Assembly: GCA_964421875.1 (NCBI GenBank)
Contig: CAYQZD010000003.1
Location: 2,843-66,842, forward strand
Length of the DNA stretch: 64,000 nt
DNA from: an uncultured bacterium
Lineage (GTDB): Bacteria > Electryoneota > Tariuqbacteria > Tariuqbacterales > Tariuqbacteraceae
Direction of reading: 5' to 3'
In this document: positions 1-8,407 of the stretch, piece by piece
How positions within the stretch are numbered: position 1 is the stretch's first letter
Layout: the number at the start of each line of letters is the position of its first letter
Made by a program: the position numbers and the translations under genes
The notes under the pieces: model-generated
The model's database searches: none
Told to the model about the DNA's origin: nothing
The model's input: the letters and a program-made list of their open reading frames with translations, nothing else

Positions 1-743
1 CAATCGCCATTCCCCCTTTCGCTCCCCACTTCTCCACGCCATTTCTAAGTTCGGTTGCGGTAAGTTCCTGGATGACATTGTCAAAGGTGAGGACGATGTC
101 GGCGCCGGGGATTGGCTCCACACGCTTGAGCCAGTGTCCGGGAAGTTTCCTTCCCATTGCGTCCAGGAGGACATTTTCCCAGCCGGGAACTGAGGCGAAA
201 TCGCTATCGTGAAGTTTTTCAATACCGGCGATACCGTTGCCGTCAGGGTCGGTGAATCCCACAACTTTTGGAGTATTCCGCCCGAAAGGGTAGAATCTTC
301 GGGGTTCGGATTTTTGCAGCAGACCGGGGATATTACAGTATTTTTGAGCCCTGGTCTCATCGATCTGTCTCAGCAGATAGACAAAACCGGCGCTGGAGTT
401 CATCTTGTGGAGAAAATAATGCGAAGGTCTTCCTGATAAGTTCGCCAGACTCCGCGCCAGTCCGGTTTTATCATCCACCTCATCAGGATAGACACCGAAA
501 GACTGGCTTCGCGGTATGTCCAACGCCAGGATTTCGCTTCTGCGGTCGAAGATTTTACCCCGGGGCAGTTTCAATTCCTGCTGGCGGACATATTGTTTCT
601 CCGCGAGTTTGTCGTAGTGGCTGTGGAGCACAATCTGAATTTGGAAAAGCCTGCCGATGAGCGCTGCCGCGCCAAGACAAATCAAGACAGAGATGAACGA
701 CAGCCTTCTGCGTAAAGTGTTATTTCTTTTCGTTTCCATCATT
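1..743 (-). CDS. ftsI: Penicillin-binding protein FtsI-type (peptidoglycan transpeptidase), N-terminal part only; the 3' end lies beyond the left window edge
   Basis: Absent from the ORF track because it has no stop in the window. My minus-strand translation from ATG 743/740 gives MMETKRNNTLRRRLSFISVLICLGAAALIGRLFQIQIV..LPRGKIFDRRSEILALD..FYPFGR, i.e. a TM anchor plus PBP dimerisation-domain motifs. It follows mraZ-rsmH-ftsL in canonical dcw order and overlaps the ftsL end by 24 nt. Confidence 0.8.
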
Positions 744-1112
744 GACACCGGAATCAATTTTCAAGGGCTCCAATTCACGGAAGAATTCAGGCGGTAAATC
801 AGCCAGTTCGATGTTCGTTACATTCGCCTTACTGGTAAGGGGCTTGAGGTTTATCTTTTTTGCCAGACCTGCTATCCTGGGGAATGATGATAGTTTCTTC
901 AGCGCGATTTTTGCTTCCGCCAATTCTACTTGCGTCTTTGCGATTTTCGCTTCCTGTTCACGAATCCTTTTAGCGGCTTCATCGATTTTAACTTCCCTGT
1001 GAACGAAAGCTAAAGCAATGAGGCAAAGAAGCGCTGTAATAGTCACCGCCTTCGCGGTGGAAAAGGGTTTCATTTTCCAGGATACATTATCTCGTCGGTG
1101 GCGCTTCATCAC
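720..1112 (-). CDS. ftsL: FtsL-like cell division protein
   Basis: 130 aa with one TM (ITALLCLIALAFV) followed by a coiled coil (EAAKRIREQEAKIAKTQVELAEAK). Lies between rsmH and ftsI with 4-nt and 24-nt overlaps. Called from architecture and position only. Confidence 0.6.
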   Translation of the reverse strand: MMKRHRRDNVSWKMKPFSTAKAVTITALLCLIALAFVHREVKIDEAAKRIREQEAKIAKTQVELAEAKIALKKLSSFPRIAGLAKKINLKPLTSKANVTNIELADLPPEFFRELEPLKIDSGVNDGNEKK

Positions 1113-2014
1113 ACACTCTCTCCTGCTCTAAGGCGGGCGCTTCGAGCCCGGGGATTGCGCTGTAATTCCTCTTCCGATGGTCGTAGCGGCCGCTTTGTCA
1201 GGATTTTAAAGCGGGCTTGGTGTCCGCAGGAGCAGACCGGGATTCCGGGCGGGCAGATACAGTCTTTCGACTCCCTGTTGAGAAATTCCTTGACGCGGCG
1301 GTCTTCCAGGGAATGATAGGAGATTATCACCAGCCGGCCTCCGGGAGAAAGGACATCAGCAATAGAATTCAGAAATTTTTCGAGGTTTTCCATTTCGCGG
1401 TTCACATATATTCTGAAGGCTTGAAAAACCCTTGCCAGCGATTTTTCCCGACGGTTTGCCGGCGTCATTTTTTCTACGATTTCGGCTAATTCCACCGTCG
1501 AACCGGGTTTCCTTTCCTTCAAGGCCCGGGCTATCCTTTTCGCTCCGGGCTGTTCGCCGTATTCGCCGATGATGCGTGCGATTTCGCTCTCAGGCAGTTC
1601 TTCGATTGCTTTTGCCGCGGTGACAGGATTACGGTCCCTGTCGAACCGCATATCCAGCGGTCCCTGAAAACGGTGCGATAATCCTCTCCCCGGGCTGTCC
1701 AACGCAAAACTCGACAATCCCAGGTCGAGCAGAGCGCCGTTAATCGCGGGGATTCGCAACTGTAGGAGTATATTCTTGATGTCGGCGAAATTGGCTTGTA
1801 AAAGAATCAGGTCGGAGTGGTCTTTGAGTCGGTTGGATATGGTTTCCAGTGCGCTTTTATCGATATCGACAGCTATCAACCGTCCGTGGCGGAGACGTTC
1901 AAGGATTTGTTCGGAATGTCCCAGGAGGCCTCCGGTGCCGTCGAAGTAAATCCCTTCGGGAAGGACCTGCAGAAATTCAAGGGCTTCATCAAGCATAACC
2001 GGTTGATGCAGCAA
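1109..2014 (-). CDS. rsmH: 16S rRNA (cytosine1402-N4)-methyltransferase RsmH/MraW
   Basis: 301 aa. N-terminus MLHQPVMLDEALEFL, SAM-binding DGTGGLLGHS, SYHSLEDRRVK, and C-terminal RPSEEELQRNPRARSARLR. Follows mraZ. Confidence 0.95.
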   Translation of the reverse strand: MLHQPVMLDEALEFLQVLPEGIYFDGTGGLLGHSEQILERLRHGRLIAVDIDKSALETISNRLKDHSDLILLQANFADIKNILLQLRIPAINGALLDLGLSSFALDSPGRGLSHRFQGPLDMRFDRDRNPVTAAKAIEELPESEIARIIGEYGEQPGAKRIARALKERKPGSTVELAEIVEKMTPANRREKSLARVFQAFRIYVNREMENLEKFLNSIADVLSPGGRLVIISYHSLEDRRVKEFLNRESKDCICPPGIPVCSCGHQARFKILTKRPLRPSEEELQRNPRARSARLRAGESV

Positions 2015-2125
2015 AACAACTACCTTACCTTAAAAATCATATTTTCATGTTAGCAGGTCTAAGTGAGACTCATCGTATCAACATTTATTATCAAACCGAC
2101 TGTGAAGGAGACTTTCTTCGATAGT

Positions 2126-2881
2126 TCAACTGTTTTTTCTGTCTTTATCAGTCGGCGGCGGCGGAAATCCACCGGGCGCATTTGGCGGCGGTCCCTGAGG
2201 AGCCGGAGGCGCGCCGCTGTCAAGGCCTGGGGCAGTTCCCGGGCTGTTTTGTTGAGTGCCGGGATATTGCCCGGGATTGTTAGGATAATATCCCGGAGGA
2301 TGTGGGGGAGGCTGCGGGTAGTAACCATATCCCGGATGATAGCCCCATACGGGATTCACCGGCGGGGGAGGCTGCTGGGGATTCTGTGGTTGAGGATTTT
2401 GCTGTCCGCTTTGAGGATAGACCGAGGAGAGGTCGGAATCCATTTGCTGGTATTTTTCGTCTTCATCCCCCACAAAATTGTCGCAGAAGTCCGGATTCCA
2501 GAGTTCTATGCGGTTATTATTGCCCATGATTTCCACCTCCTTTTCCAACAGGGCGTATTTCAGCAGGACCTTGGGAATCTGTATCCTTCCCTGTTTATCG
2601 AACTGGACTTCGCGGGTGTGCCGGTTACGCCAGATGGTATATTTCCGGAAGTCTTCCTGATTGGAGTTGAACACCGGCCAATAGCGGCGAACCTGCTGGT
2701 GCCAGAAGTTGCAGGGATAGAGATGGAGACAGCGTTCCGTGCCCTTGGTAATGACAAATGTGTCATTAGCCTCTTTGGGCAGCAGTTTTCGAAACCGAGC
2801 GGGGATATTGACGCGATCCTTCGAATCCAGCGCATAAATATAATCCCCAACAAACAGTATTTGTCCTTGCTCATCAGCCAT
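2126..2881 (-). CDS. mraZ: Transcriptional regulator MraZ with a ~100-aa P/Q/G-rich C-terminal extension
   Basis: Two SpoVT/AbrB-type half domains with DxxxR motifs (LDSKDRVNIPARFRK; FDKQGRIQIPKVLLK) in the first ~150 aa. First gene of the dcw cluster. The tail reads QPQNPQQPPPPVNPVWGYHPGYGYYPQPPPHPPGYYPNNPGQYPG... Confidence 0.9.
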   Translation of the reverse strand: MADEQGQILFVGDYIYALDSKDRVNIPARFRKLLPKEANDTFVITKGTERCLHLYPCNFWHQQVRRYWPVFNSNQEDFRKYTIWRNRHTREVQFDKQGRIQIPKVLLKYALLEKEVEIMGNNNRIELWNPDFCDNFVGDEDEKYQQMDSDLSSVYPQSGQQNPQPQNPQQPPPPVNPVWGYHPGYGYYPQPPPHPPGYYPNNPGQYPGTQQNSPGTAPGLDSGAPPAPQGPPPNAPGGFPPPPTDKDRKNS

Positions 2882-2906
2882 AATATGGTCTCAATGTTGT
2901 CTGATG

Positions 2907-2969
2907 TCCCACATTTACCCGATTTTACCCACCACAAACCATTATAACGATTTCCCGGCAATTTGTCAA
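2907..2969 (-). promoter_or_regulatory. dcw-cluster promoter with three MraZ-box-like repeats
   Basis: Minus strand: TTGACA (2969-2964), 17 nt, TATAAT (2946-2941). This is a perfect sigma70 consensus about 60 nt upstream of the mraZ ATG (2881). Directly downstream lie GTGGGT / TCGGGT / GTGGGA (2932-2927, 2922-2917, 2912-2907) with the GGG cores exactly 10 bp apart, as in described MraZ operators. Confidence 0.7.
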
Positions 2970-3110
2970 GTAAAAAATGAATTTTTTTTAGTTTAGGGAG
3001 GATTTTTTTGTTTAAGGTGGTCAAAAAGGCAGGGTTTAGCGGTATAAACCGCTACTTATGGTGTTTATCATGTTTATCACCAATCCATAATAACAGCCAT
3101 ACCTATCAAT

Positions 3111-3173
3111 TCTCTGTATCCGGGTCTCGGGTCTCGGTTTTCGGTTTTCAGTTTTCGGTCTTCGGTCATCTGT
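3111..3173. repeat. 7-nt tandem array A (TYTCNGT units)
   Basis: tctctgt atccggg tctcggg tctcggt tttcggt tttcagt tttcggt cttcggt catctgt, all in phase. The right end overlaps the pcm stop (3173-3175). Confidence 0.85.
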
Positions 3174-3892
3174 CAATCTTCCGGATGAACCATCGGCACG
3201 AACCTGACCGGCAGTAAATCCCGGCGCGTGATTCCTCTTTCGGTCTTAGTGTAGAGACGAAGCATTTGGAAATACTCACCTTCCGGAACTATCAAACTTC
3301 CTCCCGTTTTAAGTTGGTCGAGCAGAGTCTGCGGAACTTCCGGGGGAGCGGCTGTAAGTATAACGCGGTCGAATTTGATGGTGGTGTCCGGCCAGCCTAA
3401 ATACCCGTCGCCAGCCAGCACCCGCACATTATCATATCCCAGGCGCATCAACCGCAAAGTTGCGGTTTCCGCGAGTTCGGGGACGATTTCGATGGAACAG
3501 ACCAGTGAGCAAAGCTCCGCCAGCACCGCCGCCTGGTAGCCGGAGCCGGCGCCGATTTCCAATACCGTTTCTCCGCCTTTCAGCTTCAACGCCTGGGTCA
3601 TAAAAGCGACGATGTAGGGCTGGGAAATGGTCTGGCTGTAACCGATGGGAAGGGGATGGTCGGCGTAGGCTTGGCTCAGGTATCTCTGCGGAACAAACTT
3701 GTGCCTGGGGACTTTGGCCATCACTTCAAGCACCGCAGGGTCGTAGATGCCGCGGCTTTTAAGCTGGTTCGCGACCATCTCCAGGCGTTTCTGCCGGTAA
3801 TGCTCCTCACTGCGGTTTTCATCCTGGGAGCAGGCAGAGAACGCTAAGCAGGTTGTCAGAATCAGGCAAAAGTATATTTTTCGATGAAACAC
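3173..3892 (-). CDS. pcm: Protein-L-isoaspartate O-methyltransferase with N-terminal signal peptide
   Basis: GYSQTISQPYIVAFM and SAM motif VLEIGAGSGYQAAVLAEL. N-terminus MFHRKIYFCLILTTCLAFSACSQD looks like a signal peptide with a possible lipobox Cys. Confidence 0.9.
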   Translation of the reverse strand: MFHRKIYFCLILTTCLAFSACSQDENRSEEHYRQKRLEMVANQLKSRGIYDPAVLEVMAKVPRHKFVPQRYLSQAYADHPLPIGYSQTISQPYIVAFMTQALKLKGGETVLEIGAGSGYQAAVLAELCSLVCSIEIVPELAETATLRLMRLGYDNVRVLAGDGYLGWPDTTIKFDRVILTAAPPEVPQTLLDQLKTGGSLIVPEGEYFQMLRLYTKTERGITRRDLLPVRFVPMVHPED

Positions 3893-3899
3893 TGTTGAA

Positions 3900-3934
3900 G
3901 TCTCGAGTCTCGTGTCTCAAGGCTCGGATTTGAG
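3900..3934. repeat. 7-nt tandem array Q (GKCTCNN units)
   Basis: gtctcga gtctcgt gtctcaa ggctcgg atttgag. Starts 8 nt upstream of the pcm start. Confidence 0.7.
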
Positions 3935-3960
3935 TGGTTATTAGCTAAGATATTTGACTA

Positions 3961-5880
3961 TCAACCGGTTCTCGCCAACATCCGCTCAATCCGAGATTTA
4001 ATTCTCAGCCCGGAAAGAGGTTTGTCCATCCGGTTTTTGACAATTCCGATTATTTTATCTACTGAACCGATATCACCGTTCAGGCTGTCGATTACATCCT
4101 GCGCCGCCTGGTCGATTTCCTCGTCGGAAGCGCCGGCGCTTTCAAGCGACGAAAACGCTTCCTCCCAGTTCCCGTCTTCACTACCCATTTTCAACAACTC
4201 TATCCCCACTTCCTTCGATAACTTCTTCTTACCGACAAGTTCCAGAAACTGTTCAATCTCTTCAGCAGAGAATCCACTGCTGTTCAACCGGGCGATATGA
4301 GGAATATCCTGTACTGTCAGCCGAGCCATTGTTTTTGCTGATTGCGGATAACGCTCCGCCGCTTTTTCGAAAGGTTCGAGGTATTTTGAATGCACCAAAT
4401 TCCAGGCGGTTTCTTCAGGAACACCGAGATTAGTGAACCGCTCGGTCTTTACCCAGGGTGTCTGCGGCAGTCCGGCGGATACTTTTTCAATCATCTCGTC
4501 GGTGACGGAGGTAGGGGGAGAATCGGTGTCGGGATACATCCGGTCGGGACCGGGTAAAATCCGTTCGAAGTCGGATACGCCGAAGGGCCGGTATTGGCGG
4601 GTTTCGTTTATCACGCCCTTGAGGATTTCCTGACAGCGGATGATTATCTCATTCATCGCGGTATCGACATCCTGAGGCAGCCCCCAGGACAGCGCGATAA
4701 CATCTTTGGAACCAGCCTCAAACAGTCCCAGAACCTTCTCCCGGTCTCTATCGGAAAGCGACATCGCATCATCCGGATCGGTGTGAGCGATATTGGGCAT
4801 CCGGTCGAGACAGGCGATTACCCGCACCCGGGCGGCGGCTTCCGAAGCGAAATTCCAGCCGGGATTCAGCTTGAAGGCGAATACTCCTTTGAGGTTCTTA
4901 AGCATAACACCCTTGACCTTAGAATTAGGTCCAAAGTTCTCTTTCAAGACAGGGGATTCGATTTCCTCCGCTTCAGCCGTTATGTCCTTCACCTCGTATC
5001 TAACATCCGCTTCCGTCTTAATTCCCCTGCGGGCAGTTTCGTCCCGCAATTCCAGCAGATGCTTCTGGCGCAGGGCTTCGAAGCCGGTGAGTCTGGGGAT
5101 ATATGACAGCCTGGGCACACCCTTGATTTCCACTCTATCGCCGCCCTCGACGGAAACGTTGACGTCCTGGCGGGCGGAGCCTGCGCCGCGTCGGACTTTA
5201 CCGGTGAGCCGGAGTAATGCGCCTAATACTCCGCCTACTTCCGCAGCTTCCAGCGGGTCGCGCATATCGGGCGCTGTGACCACCTCTATCAGCGGCATCG
5301 AGAGCCGGTCGGTGAGGAAAGTGATGCGGTGGCCGACGTCGGATACTTCGCGGCAGGCGTCCTCCTCCAGCGCCAATTGGACGATGCGGATTTTACGGTC
5401 TTTATAGGGAATCCATCCGTCCACACCCACGATAGTGGTGCGCTGGAAACCGGTGGGGATGCTGCCGTCCAGGTACTGCTTGCGGATGATGTGGATTTCG
5501 CCCACGATTTTGCAGTTGAGCAGGAGGGCGATTTCCAAGGCGATGTCCAGCGCTTCCCGATTGATAGGGAAAGGCGGGGTGTCGTCCATCTCATAGGTGC
5601 AGACCGATTCCTTGTTCAGACGGTAGATTATGTCCTTCTTAGTTTTGAACTCCATTAAGGCGGTGCCGTCATATTCTCCCAATTCCGAAAGCGTAGGGCG
5701 CATATGGCGCAAAACTTCGGACTGGTATTCATCGGAGTATTTCCCTGCGGGACAGCGGCAAAACAGCTTTTTATCGGTTTTTATCTGATGGTGAATTTCC
5801 AGACCGCAGCGGAAGCCCAGCGCGTGAAAGTCAACCCCTTCGAGCCCTCCGGCGCGGTTGAATGTGAATCTTTGCTTCAT
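3961..5880 (-). CDS. gatE: GatE-like Glu-tRNA(Gln) amidotransferase subunit E homolog (archaeal type)
   Basis: 639 aa. GLEIHHQIKTDKKLFCRCP, MRPTLSELGEYDG, YEMDDTPPFPINREALDIALEIALLLNCK and IRKQYLDGSIPTGFQRT match GatE rather than GatB, which has RKNYFYPDxPKxYQISQ. The length and a C-terminal GatB/YqeY-like tail also fit GatE. Confidence 0.75.
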   Translation of the reverse strand: MKQRFTFNRAGGLEGVDFHALGFRCGLEIHHQIKTDKKLFCRCPAGKYSDEYQSEVLRHMRPTLSELGEYDGTALMEFKTKKDIIYRLNKESVCTYEMDDTPPFPINREALDIALEIALLLNCKIVGEIHIIRKQYLDGSIPTGFQRTTIVGVDGWIPYKDRKIRIVQLALEEDACREVSDVGHRITFLTDRLSMPLIEVVTAPDMRDPLEAAEVGGVLGALLRLTGKVRRGAGSARQDVNVSVEGGDRVEIKGVPRLSYIPRLTGFEALRQKHLLELRDETARRGIKTEADVRYEVKDITAEAEEIESPVLKENFGPNSKVKGVMLKNLKGVFAFKLNPGWNFASEAAARVRVIACLDRMPNIAHTDPDDAMSLSDRDREKVLGLFEAGSKDVIALSWGLPQDVDTAMNEIIIRCQEILKGVINETRQYRPFGVSDFERILPGPDRMYPDTDSPPTSVTDEMIEKVSAGLPQTPWVKTERFTNLGVPEETAWNLVHSKYLEPFEKAAERYPQSAKTMARLTVQDIPHIARLNSSGFSAEEIEQFLELVGKKKLSKEVGIELLKMGSEDGNWEEAFSSLESAGASDEEIDQAAQDVIDSLNGDIGSVDKIIGIVKNRMDKPLSGLRIKSRIERMLARTG

Positions 5881-5892
5881 TATTAAAAAAGT

Positions 5893-5932
5893 AAGTTTAC
5901 AAGTTGGAAAGTTAGCAAGTTTTCAAGTTAGA
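5893..5932. repeat. 8-nt tandem array L (AAGTTNNN)
   Basis: AAGTT recurs at 5893, 5901, 5909, 5917 and 5925. Lies immediately upstream of the gatE-like start. Confidence 0.7.
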
Positions 5933-5934
5933 TT

Positions 5935-5957
5935 GTAGGGTGGGTTCTTAACCCACC
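5935..5957 (+). repeat. PU1 hairpin GTAGGGTGGGTTCTTAACCCACC
   Basis: GTAGG head plus 8-bp stem GGTGGGTT/AACCCACC with loop CTT. Copy 1 of 7. Confidence 0.9.
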
Positions 5958-6070
5958 AAATAATTATGCGCAATCTGTGTCATCTGTGGTTAAGAAAACG
6001 AGCAGCCGAATACCATCGCTATTCTCACTTCGAGTTCCGATGACTTCAGAAGAGACCATCGATAGATGGT

Positions 6071-7123
6071 TTACGTTTGTATCGACGTCTTCGAACCGCT
6101 CATCATTATCGCGATGGGCCGTAGCGGCTCAATATTCTCAAAGACTATAACCAGCGTAGAGGTCAAGGGGACGGCTATCACCATTCCGATTATACCCCAT
6201 ACCCAGCCCCAGAAGATGAGGCTGAGAATAACTACCAGCGGAGACAGGTTCAATCCCCTCCCCATCAGGAATGGTTCCAAGAAATTCCCGAAGAACATCT
6301 GCACCGACACCAGACATACTAATAATCCAGGCACCCTCCAGGAATAGCCGTACTCCACGAAACATATCAATATCGGGAAAGCGGTGGCGATGATGGAGCC
6401 GATGTTGGGGATAAAATTCAGCGTAAATATCAGCAGTCCGGCGAATACGGCGAAGTCAACACCAAACAGGAGGATGAATCCTACACTGACCGCCGCAGTC
6501 ATCGCGCTGATGAAAATTTTTGTGAGCAGGTAGGTTCTTACCTTGGACTGAATAACGCCCAGTATTAACGAGACCCTCAAAGCTCTTTCCGTATTGAAGG
6601 CCTGATTTAGTTTATCCGTAGTCAACGATTGCCCGGAAAAGATGAAAATCATAAATATCAGCACCAACAGCACATAGCCGAGGAAAGTGAAAAACGAGCC
6701 CAGCGAAGTGGAAATGGTGGAGGTCAATGAGATATTTCCCAGACTTTTCCCTATGTCGGTGCCGGAAAGATATTGAGTGAACTGCTCCAGCGGCATATTG
6801 AGGCGTTCCAGGGTAGTTTCCAGCGTCTGCCTTAAGCTGAGTTCATAGCGGGGAAACTCATCCACAAACATATTTACATTGGCGTAAACAACCAGCCCCA
6901 AAAGATAGAAGGTGAAAAAGACCACCAGCAAAATGACGGTGAGCGAGACCGGCAGGGGCGCTTTCCTGCGCGCCGCAAAATCCACCACCGGCTTCAACAC
7001 TTCGTAAAGCAGCAGGGCGAAAGCCAGGGGGATGAAAATGGTCTTGAGCGCCTTCAACACCAACACCAATAGCACCGCGCAGATGAAGGCGAGCAGAGCC
7101 GCGATTATGCGGGTCTCTTTCAT
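6071..7123 (-). CDS. AI-2E family transporter (PerM/UPF0118)
   Basis: 350 aa polytopic membrane protein. FIPNIGSIIATAFPILI and GLNLSPLVVILSLIFWGWVWGIIGMVIAVPL are typical of the family. Confidence 0.85.
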   Translation of the reverse strand: MKETRIIAALLAFICAVLLVLVLKALKTIFIPLAFALLLYEVLKPVVDFAARRKAPLPVSLTVILLVVFFTFYLLGLVVYANVNMFVDEFPRYELSLRQTLETTLERLNMPLEQFTQYLSGTDIGKSLGNISLTSTISTSLGSFFTFLGYVLLVLIFMIFIFSGQSLTTDKLNQAFNTERALRVSLILGVIQSKVRTYLLTKIFISAMTAAVSVGFILLFGVDFAVFAGLLIFTLNFIPNIGSIIATAFPILICFVEYGYSWRVPGLLVCLVSVQMFFGNFLEPFLMGRGLNLSPLVVILSLIFWGWVWGIIGMVIAVPLTSTLVIVFENIEPLRPIAIMMSGSKTSIQT

Positions 7124-7267
7124 TATTTTACCTGACTATCTCGTTAAAATAAACTGATACGCTCCTACCTGCCTCGCAGAATATAAAAAAAAAGCATGAT
7201 AGGAATGGGCGGCGTTACTTCACGGTAAAGGTACGAAAAAGTAGGGGTAGATTCAAAAATCAGAGGG

Positions 7268-8107
7268 CTAAATCTCAACGCCGAAAACACCTTTAAGGGC
7301 GAATCCGGCGACGATTGAAAGAACGAAGAAGACCACAATCCAGTGAACTCCGATTCCCAGAACTCTTAACTGCCGCGGAGGATACTTGACACTCACGCTG
7401 ATAACGGGCGAACCTGAAGGCAGCGGTTTTTCCCCCGGCAGGAACAAGGCGTCTGATAGAGAGTTCGCCGCGCTTCTCCGGAAGGATGTTTTTGATACTT
7501 TATCCGAACCTACCACAATCTCCTTCTTCACCTCTCCCCCACTCCAGAAAATGGTCACAAAGCGCTTTCCCGGCGACTCAGCGCGCAGCCGCCACGATAC
7601 TTCCCCCGCAGCAATAGCGCGGACCGGCGGAGTTTCCACCGCAAAGCCTCCCTCGCTGATAGCGGTTAACTCTAAATCCTCCAGGATATCCATTTGATTG
7701 AATTCAGCGGTGAGGATGGCGGTTTCGCCGGGATTCAAAGGGCGGTCGTTGTAGCGCAGATTGAGATGCACCATTATCAATATCACCGGAATCATCAACA
7801 CAATCAGCGGCGCCACGGCGAAACGCATATACTTCAAATTCGCCAGCAATATCCGCCCGATGGAACCGGTCACCACCTTAAAATCGTGCTTGTATATCCA
7901 GACTTCGAGGAAGTAACCCCGCACTTTGGCTTTAGAACGGCGGATTCCCTCCTGATTCGAAACATATTTGAAAATGAAGACCATCACCGCGCCGGTGATG
8001 AACGAAACCACTCCCAACCCCCAAAGAGGATTGATTTTAGCGAAGGGCGCCAGGACGATGTCGAACACCTTCCCTAGCGCCAAGTTTAAAAACCAGATTA
8101 TACTCAT
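7268..8107 (-). CDS. Hypothetical membrane protein
   Basis: 279 aa. N-terminal TMs, an amphipathic basic segment (GIRRSKAKVRGYFLEVWIYKHD), a soluble middle domain and a C-terminal TM. No family recognised. Confidence 0.6.
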   Translation of the reverse strand: MSIIWFLNLALGKVFDIVLAPFAKINPLWGLGVVSFITGAVMVFIFKYVSNQEGIRRSKAKVRGYFLEVWIYKHDFKVVTGSIGRILLANLKYMRFAVAPLIVLMIPVILIMVHLNLRYNDRPLNPGETAILTAEFNQMDILEDLELTAISEGGFAVETPPVRAIAAGEVSWRLRAESPGKRFVTIFWSGGEVKKEIVVGSDKVSKTSFRRSAANSLSDALFLPGEKPLPSGSPVISVSVKYPPRQLRVLGIGVHWIVVFFVLSIVAGFALKGVFGVEI

Positions 8108-8113
8108 CGTAAC

Positions 8114-8305
8114 CTACGAAATGTATCCCAGGCCTTGCAGGCGTTTCTTGACTTCCTCGTCGGATTCGGCTTCATCAAGAATGGTAACTTCCTTTTCAAT
8201 CAAATGCTGCACGAATTCGTCCATCGAAGAATAGCCGGCTTGTTCCGACAAAGTCTTCAGTTTTTCCGCGATGTCGGAATCGAGCTTTATTTTGAGTTTT
8301 GCCAT
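8114..8305 (-). CDS. Small hypothetical protein, ribbon-helix-helix-like
   Basis: 63 aa. The pattern of a beta strand (KLKIKLDSD) followed by two helices resembles CopG/Arc RHH. Lies 6 nt upstream of the 7268-8107 gene. Weak call. Confidence 0.45.
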   Translation of the reverse strand: MAKLKIKLDSDIAEKLKTLSEQAGYSSMDEFVQHLIEKEVTILDEAESDEEVKKRLQGLGYIS

Positions 8306-8407
8306 CAGGTTACCTTTTAAATTTGTGTTTATTTCGTACTATCAAGCTATTCTAGCTTCTCCGGCGGGACAACCAATCCAATCATCAGCCTTTTATCACC
8401 TATCATC

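Noticed and set aside
2063-2947. Long plus-strand ORFs in the track (2063-2947, 8271-9038, 9282-10142, 41178-42239, 47829-48686, 49149-49994, 60871-61476 and others)
   Set aside because: Each lies antisense to a minus-strand gene with clear family motifs. Their translations are Arg/Pro/Ser/Gly-rich low-complexity sequence typical of shadow ORFs. None has a recognisable domain or ribosome-binding context.
7141-7267. T9 run on the minus strand (plus-strand A-run near 7186-7194) as a terminator after gene 7268-8107
   Set aside because: I could not find a convincing GC-rich stem immediately upstream of the T-run.
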